Shown: piece by piece, positions 30,037-42,433 of the stretch
How the letters are laid out: every line of letters begins with the position of its first letter
Numbering within the stretch: position 1 is the stretch's first letter
DNA from: Octopus vulgaris
Taxonomy: Eukaryota
Direction of reading: 5' to 3'
NCBI GenBank assembly: GCA_951406725.2
Contig: OX597831.1
Location: 11,408,001 to 11,472,000 of the forward strand
Length of the DNA: 64,000 bases
Translations under genes and position numbers: made by a program
Notes under the pieces: model-generated
The model's input: only the letters and a program-made list of their open reading frames with translations
Databases searched by the model: none
What the model was told of the DNA's origin: nothing

Positions 30037-31005
30037 TAATACTAATAATAATAATGGTAACAATAATTGTTTTCTGGTGTAATAAAAATTGTGTAATAAT
30101 AACAGTGCAAAGCATAAATGAATGAGAATTAATAAGAAAAAATGCTGAATTTACGGTAAAATATCGCCGTATATTTTAAGTCTTAACATCCATTCTGCAA
30201 GTTGGTTATCATTTCGTTTCCAATCTTCCTCATCTTCCTCATCTTCTTTCGCCTGCCTTTCGTTTTTCTTCTTTCTTTCTTTCTTTCTATCTTTCTTTCG
30301 TTCTTTCTATCCTTTCCTCGTTTTCCCCTCTTCCTTTTCTCCTTTTATTTCACTCGACAGAATACCAATGATAATATCAATAATAATAATAATAATAGTA
30401 ATAGTAATAATAACAGTGTTTTGTTGTTCTCGAGCAGCAGTGGAAACGAGTGTTGTTGTTTTTAAAAACAACAGAGAAAATAGAAGTTTAATATCATGGC
30501 TCTAACAATTTTTGCTATGTCCGTCTTCGTTGCTCCTAACAAAACGATCCTCACTACTTTTTTCTTCCTTTTTTTTCCAATATTTCTGACTCTTTCTCTC
30601 TTTTCCCTCAATCAAACCACACCTACCTACTTACATACAACTACACACACATAAAAACACAACACACACACACATGTATACACATATATACATATATGCG
30701 TACGTACAGCCATACGCATGTGTACGTACATCAACACAACAACTCGGCTTCCTGTAAAATATCTCTTTATGCACCATAGAGCTTATTTTTCGCCACGCCT
30801 CGTTCGTTTCCGTCAACCCTCTCCGTCTTACTCCGTTATACTCCGCCCTTTTCTCTCACTCTCTCAAATCCTTCTCTTCCTCCTCCTCCTCCTCCTTTTC
30901 CTCCTCCTCCTTCTTCCACACATTACGACAATTCCGTCTCCTGTCATTGGCTGCTTGTCATGTGTTTGTTTCTGGGTGCTAAAATGACGGTATATTCATT
31001 CCAGT

Positions 31006-31057
<52 letters not shown>

Positions 31058-31065
31058 CATACATG

Positions 31066-31274
<209 letters not shown>

Positions 31275-31451
31275 CATATATACACATATACATGCTATAT
31301 GCGTACGTCTGTATATATGTATGTGCCGTTTTAAGTGTGTGGTTGTGCCATTAATTTCTATGTGTTTATGCTGTTAACAAGCGAAAGTACAAACGCACAC
31401 CTATCTCGCAGTTTGTGTGTGTGTGTGTGTGTGTTTGTGTGTGCGTGTCTA

Positions 31452-31489
<38 letters not shown>

Positions 31490-31594
31490 CGCGTGTGTTT
31501 AATCTATGCGTCGTACTCGTGCTTTCAAGTGACATTCGTCCTCATTTAAATATTGACCACGCCCCCTTTTCTTCGCTTCAGCGAAACTGGACGG

Positions 31595-31681
<87 letters not shown>

Positions 31682-32425
31682 TATATATATATTCAGTAGC
31701 GGACAATTGCCGAAAACATTGGCATATAATATATAAATGCAACATAGAAGAGCACAAATATGAATGAGTGTGTGCAGGGTTGCGTGTGTGTTTGGAGAGG
31801 GTGCGTGTGTGAAGGGGGTGCTTATGTGTGTGTGAATAAAAGTATGTATGTATACCCGTAAATGTATATGCATTGGAATGTCGAAATTTACATTTTAGCA
31901 CCCGTTTCTCTCACAAGTTCTCATCGTCGATTCCGTGAAAGTTCTCTTCCCACACACACACACACACACGCACATATCTTTCTGCGTATTTCAGCCTAAA
32001 AGTTGTGGCCATGCTACAGCAACCGTTAATAAATGTGGAAATGCTTACCTTAAATCTCCCAGGTTTCCGAAGCGGTCGGCCATCGAAGTGTTAACTTGAC
32101 GTTGCTTTAGCCTTGGCGATCAGACGAGATACGAAAGCCACTTCATTCAACGTGATACGGTGATATACGCACGCACACACACACACACACATATATACAC
32201 ACACATATACATCTATATATAAATACATATACATACATACATACATGCATACATGCATACACATGTATATATATATATATGTTTGTATATATACATGTAT
32301 AAATAGATATATATATATATATATATATTTATTTATACATGCATATACACATACACACACACATATATATATATATATATGAGTGTATACATACATTCAT
32401 ATATACATACATACACGTATATATC

Positions 32426-32543
32426 TGTAAAATAATGTGACAATTATTCGGTTGCCATAATGAACCTCCTAGTTTCGGATGTCCGGCTGGAAACTCGGAG
32501 TTTTATTATGGCGATCGAATAAATTGGCACATATTATTCTACA
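32426..32543. repeat. Imperfect fold-back palindrome with arms of about 50 bp
   Basis: TGTAAAATAATGTGACAATTATTCGGTTGCCATAATGAACCTCCTAGTTTC ... GAAACTCGGAGTTTTATTATGGCGATCGAATAAATTGGCACATATTATTCTACA. Confidence 0.75.
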
Positions 32544-32639
32544 AATAAATTCCTCTATTTACATAATATCAAAGTCTCTTTCATTCTTTTGTTGTCATAT
32601 GATTATTATAATATAAATATTCCTATAGGCTGATATACG

Positions 32640-32705
<66 letters not shown>

Positions 32706-33139
32706 TAGATATAGATATATATATATATATAGATAGATAGATATTTATATGTGTATTTATATATCTATATATATTCAATATACATGTATACATATATGTG
32801 TATATGTATATGTACATGTATATATGTATATACATACATGTATACGGTTTTGTGTGCGTGTATATGTGTTTGTTTATGCTGCATTCGACGAGCTTCCTCA
32901 ATAGCAACAAAATTCTGGGGCCACGTCTGTTTTTTGGGGGGTTTTTTTCGGTAAACGATAGAGTTCATATCGTGGTGAGGCGTAGCCAAAGAAATGTGTG
33001 AAAGTCGAAAACTTTGTCGACGATTGTATATAGCTCCGAGAAGATCGTCGGTTTTGGAGGATGATTGGGACAGAAGAAGGAAGTGGTAAAAACGGTGCGG
33101 TAGAATTGGTGAGGGATGAGTAGAGGAGGATATAAACGA

Positions 33140-33473
33140 AGGACGGAGTGAAGGAAGGGAGGAAGGAAAAATACGAAAAAGAGAGAAAAGGCGGAATGAA
33201 GGCAGGAAAGAAGGAATGAAAATAAGAAAGAACGAACTGAAGAAAGGAAGTAAGGAAGGAAAGAAGGAAGGAAGGAAAGGATGGAGGAAGGAAAGAAGGA
33301 ATGAACGAACGAACGAATGAACGAACGAACGAACGAAAGGAAGAAAATAGAAAGAACGAAAGAAAGAAAGAAAGAAGGAAACAAGAGAAAAGAAAGTAGA
33401 AAAGAAAGAAAGGGAAAAGAAAGAAAGAAAAGAAAGAGAAAAGAAAGAATGAGGAAATGAAAGGAAGAGAAAA

Positions 33474-33517
<44 letters not shown>

Positions 33518-33520
33518 AAA
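33140..33520. repeat. Purine-rich (GAAA/GGAA/GAAC)n tract
   Basis: Directly visible. Confidence 0.9.
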
Positions 33521-34144
33521 AATGAATCCATTTCAAAGGATCTTGGGTATTCTTCAACAGCCATATTGCTTTCCTTCTGTTGAACTTCTCGTGGAAGAAT
33601 TTTTATATCAGAGACAACCAGGTTGCATGAACGCATATCAACAATAAACTTTGGATAGTCTGAAGAATGGATTCTTCGAAAGAACTTTTCTCTCCACAAA
33701 TCCAATCACCATAATCTTTCTGTTACTTTTATTATTATTTATTTTTTTTCGCTCGGACTCATTTTGAATATTCCTTCTCACTTTGCTCTCCTCTTCATCC
33801 AACAGAAAACAGTTTGAGATGGGAAGTAACTCGGAGATCAATCGCAAAATGATGGTCTTTCTGGTCGACTTCGACATATGAGTGTTTGAAGGAAAGGATT
33901 TTTAAAAAATAGCACAAATAGTTAAGAACAAAAAAAGCTGCGTTTATTTCCGATGGATGAGCGAATATAATTTCAATCCAAGCATGAGTTTTGCTATGAA
34001 GCCATAATGAGAACAATGACGGTTTTTGATTTTGTGCCAGCCTGCGATTGGGCAAATGGGTTCGTTGATTGCCGGATATAATGCTTTTACTGTTCTCATC
34101 ACTTCAACTCTAGTCGTTTTGATGCAACAGGTCACATTTTATAC

Positions 34145-34441
34145 TTCTCAGATCGATCTAGGCAACACTTTGTGAGTGAATTTGGTTGACGGAAGCTGAA
34201 TCGAAACCCATCGTATATATATACGAAGGGGATTGTTCCTTGGGTGGTATGTCTTGTACTCTGTTTTTTCGTTGTTTGAAAAAAGTCTGTTTCCATGATT
34301 TTTGCTTTTATGTTTTCATTTCTCATTGTGTTCGACGTTTTTTTGGTGTCCTGTACCCATATATGCATGTATATATACATATAGATGTAGGTATGTACAT
34401 ATATGTATGTATATATGCATATGTTTTATTTATTATTTTGC

Positions 34442-34506
<65 letters not shown>

Positions 34507-34820
34507 GTTTTGGCATCCAGAAGACCCAAGAGGCAGGTAAGGCTATGTAAGTGCTTCAGAAGGACCGTTATTAGACTCCTGGTTCGATGATAGTGTGAGA
34601 GAGGAGTCTTAGGTGGGTCGTGTGTGAGCATGTATATGTTAAATAAAATGAGACAAAACCAAGGCAGTGTGAAATTTCTAGGACATTTATGTATGTGTAT
34701 ATATGTGCATGTGTGTGTGTGTTTGACCGCCATACTACTTGACAACCGGTGCTAATACAACGGTTCGGCAAAAATGATCGATAAACACCAGAATCTTTTA
34801 AAAAATAAGTACTGAGGGTA
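34145..34820 (+). mobile_element. SINE family A split by nested insertions in its internal microsatellite
   Basis: 5' part TTGTGAGTGAATTTGGTTGACGGAAGCTGAA...CCCATCGTATATA ends at about 34223; 3' part GTGTTTG...CTTGACAACCGGTGCT...CGGTTCGGCAAAA...AATAAGTACTG resumes at about 34715. Confidence 0.7.
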
Positions 34821-34888
34821 AAAGACAAATGATGAGGTGAGGTGGCCGAATGCACCTATCGGAGTGATCTCTGCTAAAGGCAGTCAAC

Positions 34889-34904
34889 ATGCCATCTGGT
34901 GGTG
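34889..34904 (-). promoter_or_regulatory. Possible CTCF motif
   Basis: Minus strand CACCACCAGATGGCAT matches the core CCASYAGRKGGCR; motif only. Confidence 0.3.
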
Positions 34905-35057
34905 ACTTTGAAACGGGCAACGTATTGATTTTACTAGCGGAGTTGGGAATGGCAGGATTTGAACTTGGAACGCAAAGAACCGAAACAATACTACAAAACA
35001 TCAGATGCGACATTCTTACATTTCCGGTAATCTACCCACCACCCTAGATAGTTACGC

Positions 35058-35058
35058 T

Positions 35059-35131
<73 letters not shown>

Positions 35132-35132
35132 C

Positions 35133-35174
<42 letters not shown>

Positions 35175-35415
35175 CTATTCTCTCTCTTTCTCCCTTTGTC
35201 TCTATCTCTCTTTCTCTCTCCCTCTTTCTCCCTCTCTCCATCTCTCTCTCTATCTCTATCTCTCTCTATCTATCTCTCATCTCTCTCCTTTCTCTCTATC
35301 TCTCTATCTCTCTCCTTTCTCTCTATCTCTCTATCTCTCTCTTTGTCTCTATCTCTCTTTCTTTCTCCCTCTCTCTCTTTCTCTCTCTCTCTCCCTTCCT
35401 TTCCCCCTCTCTTTC
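35058..35415. repeat. (CT)n/(TATC)n pyrimidine tract
   Basis: Directly visible. Confidence 0.9.
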
Positions 35416-35416
35416 A

Positions 35417-35541
35417 TTGACCTCGAAAGGATGAAAGGCAAAGTCAGCGTCGTTGTGATTTGAACTCAGAATGTAAAATAGCGAACGAAATGACGCAAAG
35501 CATTCTGTCTGACTCCGATGACTCGCTTGATTCGCCGCCTT
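35417..35541 (-). mobile_element. SINE family B 5' part
   Basis: CGAAAGGATGAAAGGCAAAGTC...TTTGAACTCAGAA...TCGCCGCC. Confidence 0.75.
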
Positions 35542-35659
35542 TGCGTTTTACTTACAGAAACGAACACGAAACCTAGCGACACCTGTTGTTGATTCCAAAT
35601 GAAAGCGGGAGATAATTTCAAGGAATGAAGAATCATTTACATGTCGCAGGCAAGGGACA

Positions 35660-35701
35660 ACTATAGACATGTTTCGATCTATTAAACCTCATCAGTGTAG
35701 T
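35660..35701 (-). ncRNA. Minimal type I hammerhead ribozyme (Penelope-type)
   Basis: Minus: ACTACA-CTGATGA-GGTTT-AAT-AGATC-GAAA-CATG-TC-TATAGT; complete core, stem II with two GU pairs, palindromic ACAUGU stem III, GUC site, stem I with 5 of 6 pairs. Confidence 0.75.
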
Positions 35702-36284
35702 ACAATCTAAGCAGATAGGCAGATCAGCAGGCAAAGTTGTTTGGGTTTTCTTACATATATGAAAAAAAAGGTGTTGTGTTACGAACGGGTTTTTAACCAG
35801 AATAATTTGAGATAATTTATAATTTTCAAGATCGTTATATATAGAATTGATAATGAGTGCCTTACAACGATGCTTTGATTAATCAATATAACCTGTACTT
35901 AACGATCGCTAAATTAGTTCTCACATTGGCGGAATGCTATTGCCATTCAGAAACAGCAATTATCCTCAAAATTAATCATGCAGTACAGTTAATTAATCAT
36001 TAAGCAATCATTACTGGCAATGTTGAGTTTTGTATGCTTAAAATTATGTTACCTGAAAATGTTAACGCAGTTAGGGGCTTTCTATGAGACATGAGGCTGA
36101 AACAAAGAAACTAAGAGGAGATAACCGTGACTATAACGTGTTATCAGAAATTTGAATAATTTTTTTTTTTTGTTTCATTATTATTGTTCTTAATCTCTTG
36201 GACTAATATGGACAGTTAATCAGTTCCTCCAGCGTATGTGTGATCGGGACCCCATCAATGACTCTGAAAGGAACATCAGTCAGT

Positions 36285-36492
36285 TACTGGGCCCAAGACC
36301 AGCGATTTTGGGGGCAGAGACAATTCGATTACATTGACCCCAGTACTTGATAGGTACTCAAGTGTACCGACCCCGAAGGGATGAAAAGAAAAGTTGAGCC
36401 CAGCGAACTTTGTACTCAGAAAGTAAAGAGCCGGACGAAATTCTGCATAGCATTTAGTCCGGTGTATTAAAAATTCTTCCAGTTCACTGTCT
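36285..36492 (-). mobile_element. SINE family B, old copy
   Basis: CGATTACATTGACCCCAGTAC...CGACCCCGAAGGGATGAAAAG...ACTCAGA...GACGAAAT. Confidence 0.7.
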
Positions 36493-36714
36493 CACAATAA
36501 TAATGGGGAATTCCTTGGATCCTTTTTGTTTTATTTTATTTTATCTATTTTATATTCATTTTTTTTTTATTCTTCTCAACCATTCGACTGCAGGTGTGCT
36601 GAAGACACCCTTCATATGGTGGGTTTTAGTTGGTTATATGGTTCTTTAGCGCGGGGACCTGGGAATTCGAACACCTGAAAATAGGCGGGAACAGTTAACT
36701 CAGGGTTAACCCTT

Positions 36715-36871
36715 TTCAAGCAACCACTGATATTCATCATCAGCTGTGTGAACTGAAGCAACGTGAAAGAAAGTCTTGCTCAAGAACACTGTGCACCGTC
36801 CTGTCAGTGGATCGAAACTACGAAGTCGTGATCCTGATCCCATTACCTAAACCACCAGGCTAGAAGCCTTC
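36715..36871 (-). mobile_element. CORE-type SINE (family C) 5' part
   Basis: CAGCTGTGTGAACTGAAGCAACGTGAAAGAAAGTCTTGCTCAAGAACAC matches 972-1021. Confidence 0.7.
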
Positions 36872-36917
36872 CACATATATTTGTTTGCATGTCTATGTAT
36901 GGATATATGTTGTAATG

Positions 36918-37215
36918 ATGCGTGACTTAGTGGTATAGGTATTCGGCTCACGTCGTGAGTTCGATTCACGGCGATGCGTTCTGTCCTTCAGCAAGACACT
37001 TCATTTCACGTTGCTCCAGTCCAGTCAGCTGGCAAAAATGAGTTGTACCCGAGTTTCCAAAAGCAAACCTTGTCACATTCCGTTTCTTCCAAAGAACTAC
37101 ATTAATAATTACGTGTGGCTGTGGAGTGCTCAGCCATTCGCATATTAATTACAAAAGCAGGCTCTGGCGTTAATCGGATCAACTGGAACCCGTCATCGTA
37201 ACCGAGGGAGAGCCA
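36918..37215 (+). mobile_element. CORE-type SINE, different 3' subfamily
   Basis: TGACTTAGTGG A box, GAGTTCGATTC B box, CCTTCAGCAAGACACTTCATTTCACGTTGCTCCAGTCCAGTCAGCTGGCAAAAATGAG core. Confidence 0.75.
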
Positions 37216-37474
37216 GGATCATGAGTGTATGTATGGACGTAGCAGACATGTAAAGATGGAAAATACACCTTTTTTTTCCATATATTGAAAATCCTTTATC
37301 CATTTTCGACTTCATAAGGTCAACCAATACATATATGAGGTTAGATAAGTAAAACACACGGTAGAATGATAGAATGATGTGTACAATGAAAAATATCGAA
37401 GCTCTAATTCTTCGGAGCCACTCTGTATGAAAGAGAAGTAAAAGGAACAAGAGAGGTAAGAGAAAAGAAATAAA

Positions 37475-37802
37475 AATTATACTAATGCAGTATATGGGGA
37501 TCGGACAATATGCATAAGACAGTGTCAACGATGGTTTCAGAAATGCCGAGTCGAAAACTACAACCTAGAAGTCTTCAAAATCATATGGATGGAACAAATA
37601 TGAATTTTGTAGACGAGGTCAGAAAAGTACAGGAGTATTTTTTGTCACGGACAAATGAATTTTGGAAGAGGGGCCTTGTAAGTCTACCAGATAGATGGAA
37701 GATCATTGTAGAAAGTGTAGATTAAAAAAAGAACTTTGTTTATCTTAATTGTGAAAAATAAAAGAAGTATAAAAACTGCATTATTTATGGGATGGCCCAA
37801 TA
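37475..37802 (+). mobile_element. Internally deleted mariner transposase relic with probable 3' TIR
   Basis: TNAVYGDRTICIRQCQRWFQKCRVENYNLE (N-terminal HTH) joined out of frame to RSLQNHMDG...EVRKVQEYFLSRTNEFWKRGLVSLPDRWKIIVE (C-terminus); ends ...TTATTTATGGGATGGCCCAA|TA. Confidence 0.8.
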
Positions 37803-38237
37803 TAGACACATGTTTACATCCGTGCATACATACATAATACATACATAATACATATATACATACATGACATACATACATACATACATGCATATATATATAT
37901 ACTTATATTTTAAGTTTCTTTAACAGTATACATACTTTCAAACATACACACATACATACATACCTACAAAGCATTTATTTATATAAGTTTTCAGGCGTAT
38001 ATCTAATTAAAAATAGCCGTGTGCGTATAAACGCGCGCCTATATGCGTCTGTGTGCGCGTACAGATAAAACTAGTCTCAATTTACAGGCTTATACACAAA
38101 AATAGTCTATATACAACATAAATCTCAAGATAATACCGTATTATTACTACAGAGTAAAACCATGTTAACATTATCTTTAAAATCCTTTTCGATGTCTTTC
38201 GGATCACATTTAAAGCAAGTTATTTGGATAGCATTGC

Positions 38238-38271
<34 letters not shown>

Positions 38272-38826
38272 GACTTGTGAATGCGATTTATCGTTGTCTT
38301 GTATAAATGTCTTTGTGTTTAACAACGTAACTGATACAGACTCTAGTCTGACACTTTTCCCGCCTTCGTCATTTAGACGGGTGTTTCGTAGCTGGTTGTG
38401 GTCTCTTTAATGAGGGTATTTGTTGTTATACGCCTTGTTTAACTAATGGATGGTTGGTAATCGATCTTTTATGTATGTACATATGTATGAATATACGCAT
38501 GTGTGTGTGTTTGTGCGGTGCATACGCATGTTTGTGTGTAAATAACGAATATAAACCCTCAAAATACTCCCTATAATCCAATCACACTCACCCATCATTG
38601 CATACATATATGCACATGATCACCCACCTCCCATAAACGCAGACACTCACGAGTGCGCGCGCACAAACATCCGTGCATACATAGATAGATTTTGTAGTAC
38701 AAGCAGGATAAACAGAACACAAAATGTGTATGTATATACTACCATTTTAGGAATTGTACCTTTTATTAATGCTACCAGTTTACAGAAATTCAGCACATAC
38801 TTATATTCCATGCAGATATATATATA

Positions 38827-39226
38827 TCTCTTCATATATAAAAGTAAGGTTGTGTGTCTGTCTCCTACGATTTAAATTCCTAACTACTCCCACATTTTGC
38901 GGTGCAGTGTAACCAAAACCGGGTATCTTATAGTCGGGATTCATATCGAGCCCTTCTGGGTATTAGCGCGCGTCTACGATGAGTCTACGATTTTAAAAAG
39001 AAATTACCATCATTTTTTTCCATTTTAATGCATTTTTTCGCTATTATATAAGGGAAGTAACTCTCTAAAAATGTCTACGATGAGTCAACGATTTTTTAAA
39101 AAGTTTACCATCATTTTTTTTCCATTTTTAATGCATTTTTTTTGCTATTTTAGGCTATAACTCTCTAAAAATGCTTATATTGTTATTTCCCTTACAAACC
39201 CGAGCAACGCCAGGCGATACTGCTAG
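38827..39226 (+). mobile_element. Non-autonomous Helitron
   Basis: A|TC start with TATATAAAAG; subterminal GC-rich hairpin CCCGAGCAACGCCAGGC; ends CTAG|T; no TSD; internal 101-bp duplication (38972 and 39073). Confidence 0.8.
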
Positions 39227-39415
39227 TATATATATATGTTGTGCGCGAGTGTGTATGTGTGTATAAATATATATATATGTAAACTTTCTTAGGTGACAGA
39301 CTTTCTTTAATTTTCGTCCTTGTCTCCTACCGTTTCAGGATTTAGCTTCTTCCATTATTTTGCGCTATTACACCTTGACTGTGTTTTTTCTGTGCCTGAT
39401 CGAAAGACTGCAGTT

Positions 39416-39452
<37 letters not shown>

Positions 39453-40634
39453 ACATGTATGTATGTATGTATGTATGTATGTATGTATGTATGTATGTAT
39501 GTATGTATGTATGTGTGTATGTATGTATGTGTGTATGTATGTAGGTATGTGTGTGTGTATGTATGTATGTATGTATGTATGTATGTGTATCTTCTGTTAA
39601 AGTATTTATCGTTCCCCCCCCCCCGGCAATATGCTGTTCTTCACTTTTAGTTGTTGTTTCTTCATCATCTCAATGATATTCCTAATATCAGTGAAGCAAC
39701 GAGACGTGTACTCTTATGGAATATAAAGTCGTTCAATCTTGAACTCACCGTAATCATACTGACTCTGGTCTCCTCGGCTGATGAGGAGAGGCTTTCTATG
39801 TTTCTATTTTGCCCTTTGCATTGATGAACAGAAGTTAATCATGTCCATGTCGATTTTCCATACACACACAAACATACATACACGCGCACTCACACACACA
39901 CATTGACAGATAGATTCATATACATACGTCATACACATACACACACACGCACACATATATAACTGGCATTGTTCTTCACTAGTTTGGCCCAGACAATGTA
40001 CGTAGATCTTTGATATGATCAAAGGCGTTACATCCATGACCATCCTGTTTTCTTCATTGATACAATATTCACAAACCCACATTAGTCAATGTCTTACTTT
40101 TAAAAAAATAATTACAGAGTGTAATTTGGCTCCTATTTCTAGCAATTTTACGTTGTTAATCACACCGGCAAAGAACCCCTCTCTAATCTGTAGCCAGGAA
40201 GTTGGCGTTGGCGGCTTTCGACAGCATCCCGTGTGTATATTCAAAATTAAGGAGTACATTGGCCTGGTTACCCGGTTCTCAGAGGAAATGAAGACAGAAT
40301 TGGCCAGGATAAGTGCGGTTCCATTTCACCAAATGACTGCTATGAATGCTGCGAGTTGATTCGATTTGATGAGAACCAAACTTAAATGGCATTTGGAAGC
40401 AATAAATTCCAACCAAGGAATAGTAGAACAGCAGACGTAAAAACGAAATTGCGTACAATGGAACCAATAACCGACCAATATTTCTGTTGAAGTTGTAGGT
40501 TTTTGTATTAATAGCAATAACATTTTCGTAACGTGATTCAACAGTAGATTAAGCACTTCTACAGAACTAATTAATCTTTGTTAATTTATTACTCACCGAG
40601 GGCTGTCGTGTTTTTACATACATACATGCTATGT

Positions 40635-41531
40635 TGTTTTCTTCTCCTTTAATGCTGTGTTCGCTTCCAATAAGTCCTCTTCCACCTCTTTCTTGGTACA
40701 TACAGTCTATTTGTGTCACTTTTTGGGTGGAGTAACCCATATCTAGTTAGCAATTTCCTTGTCTTTCTGCCTAAGCTGTTTAGTTTGTCTATTGACCATG
40801 CGATTACCCCTGCTCCATATCTAAGGAGTGAAACCGTCCAGGTGTTGATAGCTTCGATCTTATTCCGTCCATTTAATTTCGAATTAAGGATCAGTCTCAG
40901 TTTGCGCAAGTACTCCTCCTTATATTTTTCTGCCATTTCTTTCTCCATCAATTTACCCATTTCCAAAATCCTCAAGTACTTATAGCCCGTCTCTTCTATC
41001 TGCTTCATAACCTCCCCGGTGGTATCGTTAGCCCGTCCATACATTTGATTTTGCCTCTCTTCAAAATTAACACATTAAACTTTCTCAGTCCGAACTCCAT
41101 TCTGATATCAGGACTGAAGGTATAAACCGTATCAACGCGGGAACTGACTTGGGCTTCATCTTAACCATAAAGTTTGAGGTCATCCATGAATAATAAATGG
41201 TTGGCGGCTTTTGAATACATACCCAGCTTTCGCTTTCCTCAGAATCAGTGTTAGTGGTATCAAGCACAGTACAGAGATCAGTGGGGATAGGCAGTCCCCA
41301 TAGAAGATGCCCCTCCTAATTTCTACTGTCCCTAAACGCCTCCCGTATGCTATCAGGTCCGTCCTCCAATTCGCCATACTTTCGATGCAATACCAAATAT
41401 GTTCATACACTCCATAATCCAAGAATGTGGGATCATATCGTACGCCAACTATCTAAGTTACTTTTCCTCCTCTTGCAGTCTCTAAGTACGGTTTTGTTTA
41501 TTAGGAGTTGCTCCTTGGTACCACTGCATTT
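40635..41531 (-). mobile_element. R4/Dong-clade (RLE) non-LTR retrotransposon, decayed reverse transcriptase
   Basis: GTKEQLLINK; IRRGIFYGDCLSPL; HLLFMDDLKLYG (FMDD at 41179-41190); MEFGL; YKYL; LNSKLNGRNKIEAINTW; HPKSDTNRLYVPRK; contains frameshifts and stops. Confidence 0.9.
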
Positions 41532-41556
41532 ATCATCATCATCATCATCATCATCA

Positions 41557-41612
<56 letters not shown>
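41531..41612. repeat. (ATC)n(ATT)n array between two R4/Dong pieces
   Basis: Directly visible. Confidence 0.95.
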
Positions 41613-41830
41613 TTCCCTTTATCTCAGGTTTTGTTGGAGCTCCTGGGGTCTTGCATTCGTAGCAAGCATACTACCTGCAGCCTACGGTACCATGCTGTTC
41701 GTCCTTTTCAGCAATCTAATATTTTCCTGATTATTCTGGCCGCGCCATGGAAGCCTACCTCTTGTAACAGTTCTACTTAGTACTCTACTCCAATTTCCTT
41801 TATATTCTCTCTTGATGCCTTCTGATACTG
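41613..41830 (-). mobile_element. R4/Dong-type 3' end (ORF C-terminus, 3' UTR, TAA tail)
   Basis: Minus translation TVS.../ENIKEIGVEY*VELLQEVGFHGAARIIRKILDC* resembles the RLE C-terminal LQKxxLLGTARI(I/L)R motif; runs into (AAT)n. Confidence 0.7.
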
Positions 41831-42206
41831 TTTTACTTGATTCAGTCATTTGACTACGGCCATGCTGGACCACCGCCTTTAGTCGAACAAATCGACCCCA
41901 GGGCTTATTCTTTCTAAGCCTAGTACTATATTGCTAAGTTACGGGAACGTAAACACACGAACATCAGTTGTCAAGTGATGGTGGCTGGGGGGACAAACAC
42001 AGACACAAACACATATATACATATATAAACGTATATACGACGGGCTTCTTTCAATTTCCGTCTACCAAATCCACTCACAAGGCTTTGGTCGGCCCGAGGC
42101 TAAAATATAGTAGAAGACATGTGCCTGCGGTGCCACGCAGTGGGAGTGAACCCGGAACTATGTGGTTGGTAAGCAAGCTTCTTACCACACAGCCACTCCT
42201 GCGCCT
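41831..42206 (-). mobile_element. SINE family A, near full length
   Basis: Colinear with the reverse complement of 59619-60020. Confidence 0.88.
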
Positions 42207-42210
42207 ATAT

Positions 42211-42375
42211 GGCAGGCTTCTTTCAGTTTCCATCTACCAAATTCACTCACAAGGCTTTGGTCGGTCCCGGCGCTGTAGTAGAAGACAAATGGCAAATATG
42301 TCGCGCTGTGGAACTGAACCCGAAACCACGTGATTGGGAAGCAAGCTTCTTAACCACACAGCCACCACTGCGCCC
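42211..42375 (-). mobile_element. SINE family A 5' half, tandem to the previous copy
   Basis: CAGGCTTCTTTCAGTTTCC...CACAGCCACCACTGCGCC. Confidence 0.85.
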
Positions 42376-42433
42376 ATGTGACGTCATCATTTGATAAGAT
42401 TACACCTAAGGAATAATATAGGATAGAATTGAA

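Noticed and set aside
33660-33690. CTGAAGA...CGAAA
   Set aside because: Stems I and II cannot form in the required register.
36591-36677. CAGGTGT-G-CTGAAGA...GAAACACCTG as a type III hammerhead
   Set aside because: No stem I, G at the cleavage position, and it overlaps a decayed SINE A tail.
38389-38400. TAGCTGGTTGTG resembling the miR-34 3' end
   Set aside because: Seed region absent and no precursor hairpin evident.
39778-39800. CTGATGA plus short stem as a hammerhead
   Set aside because: No GAAA after stem II.
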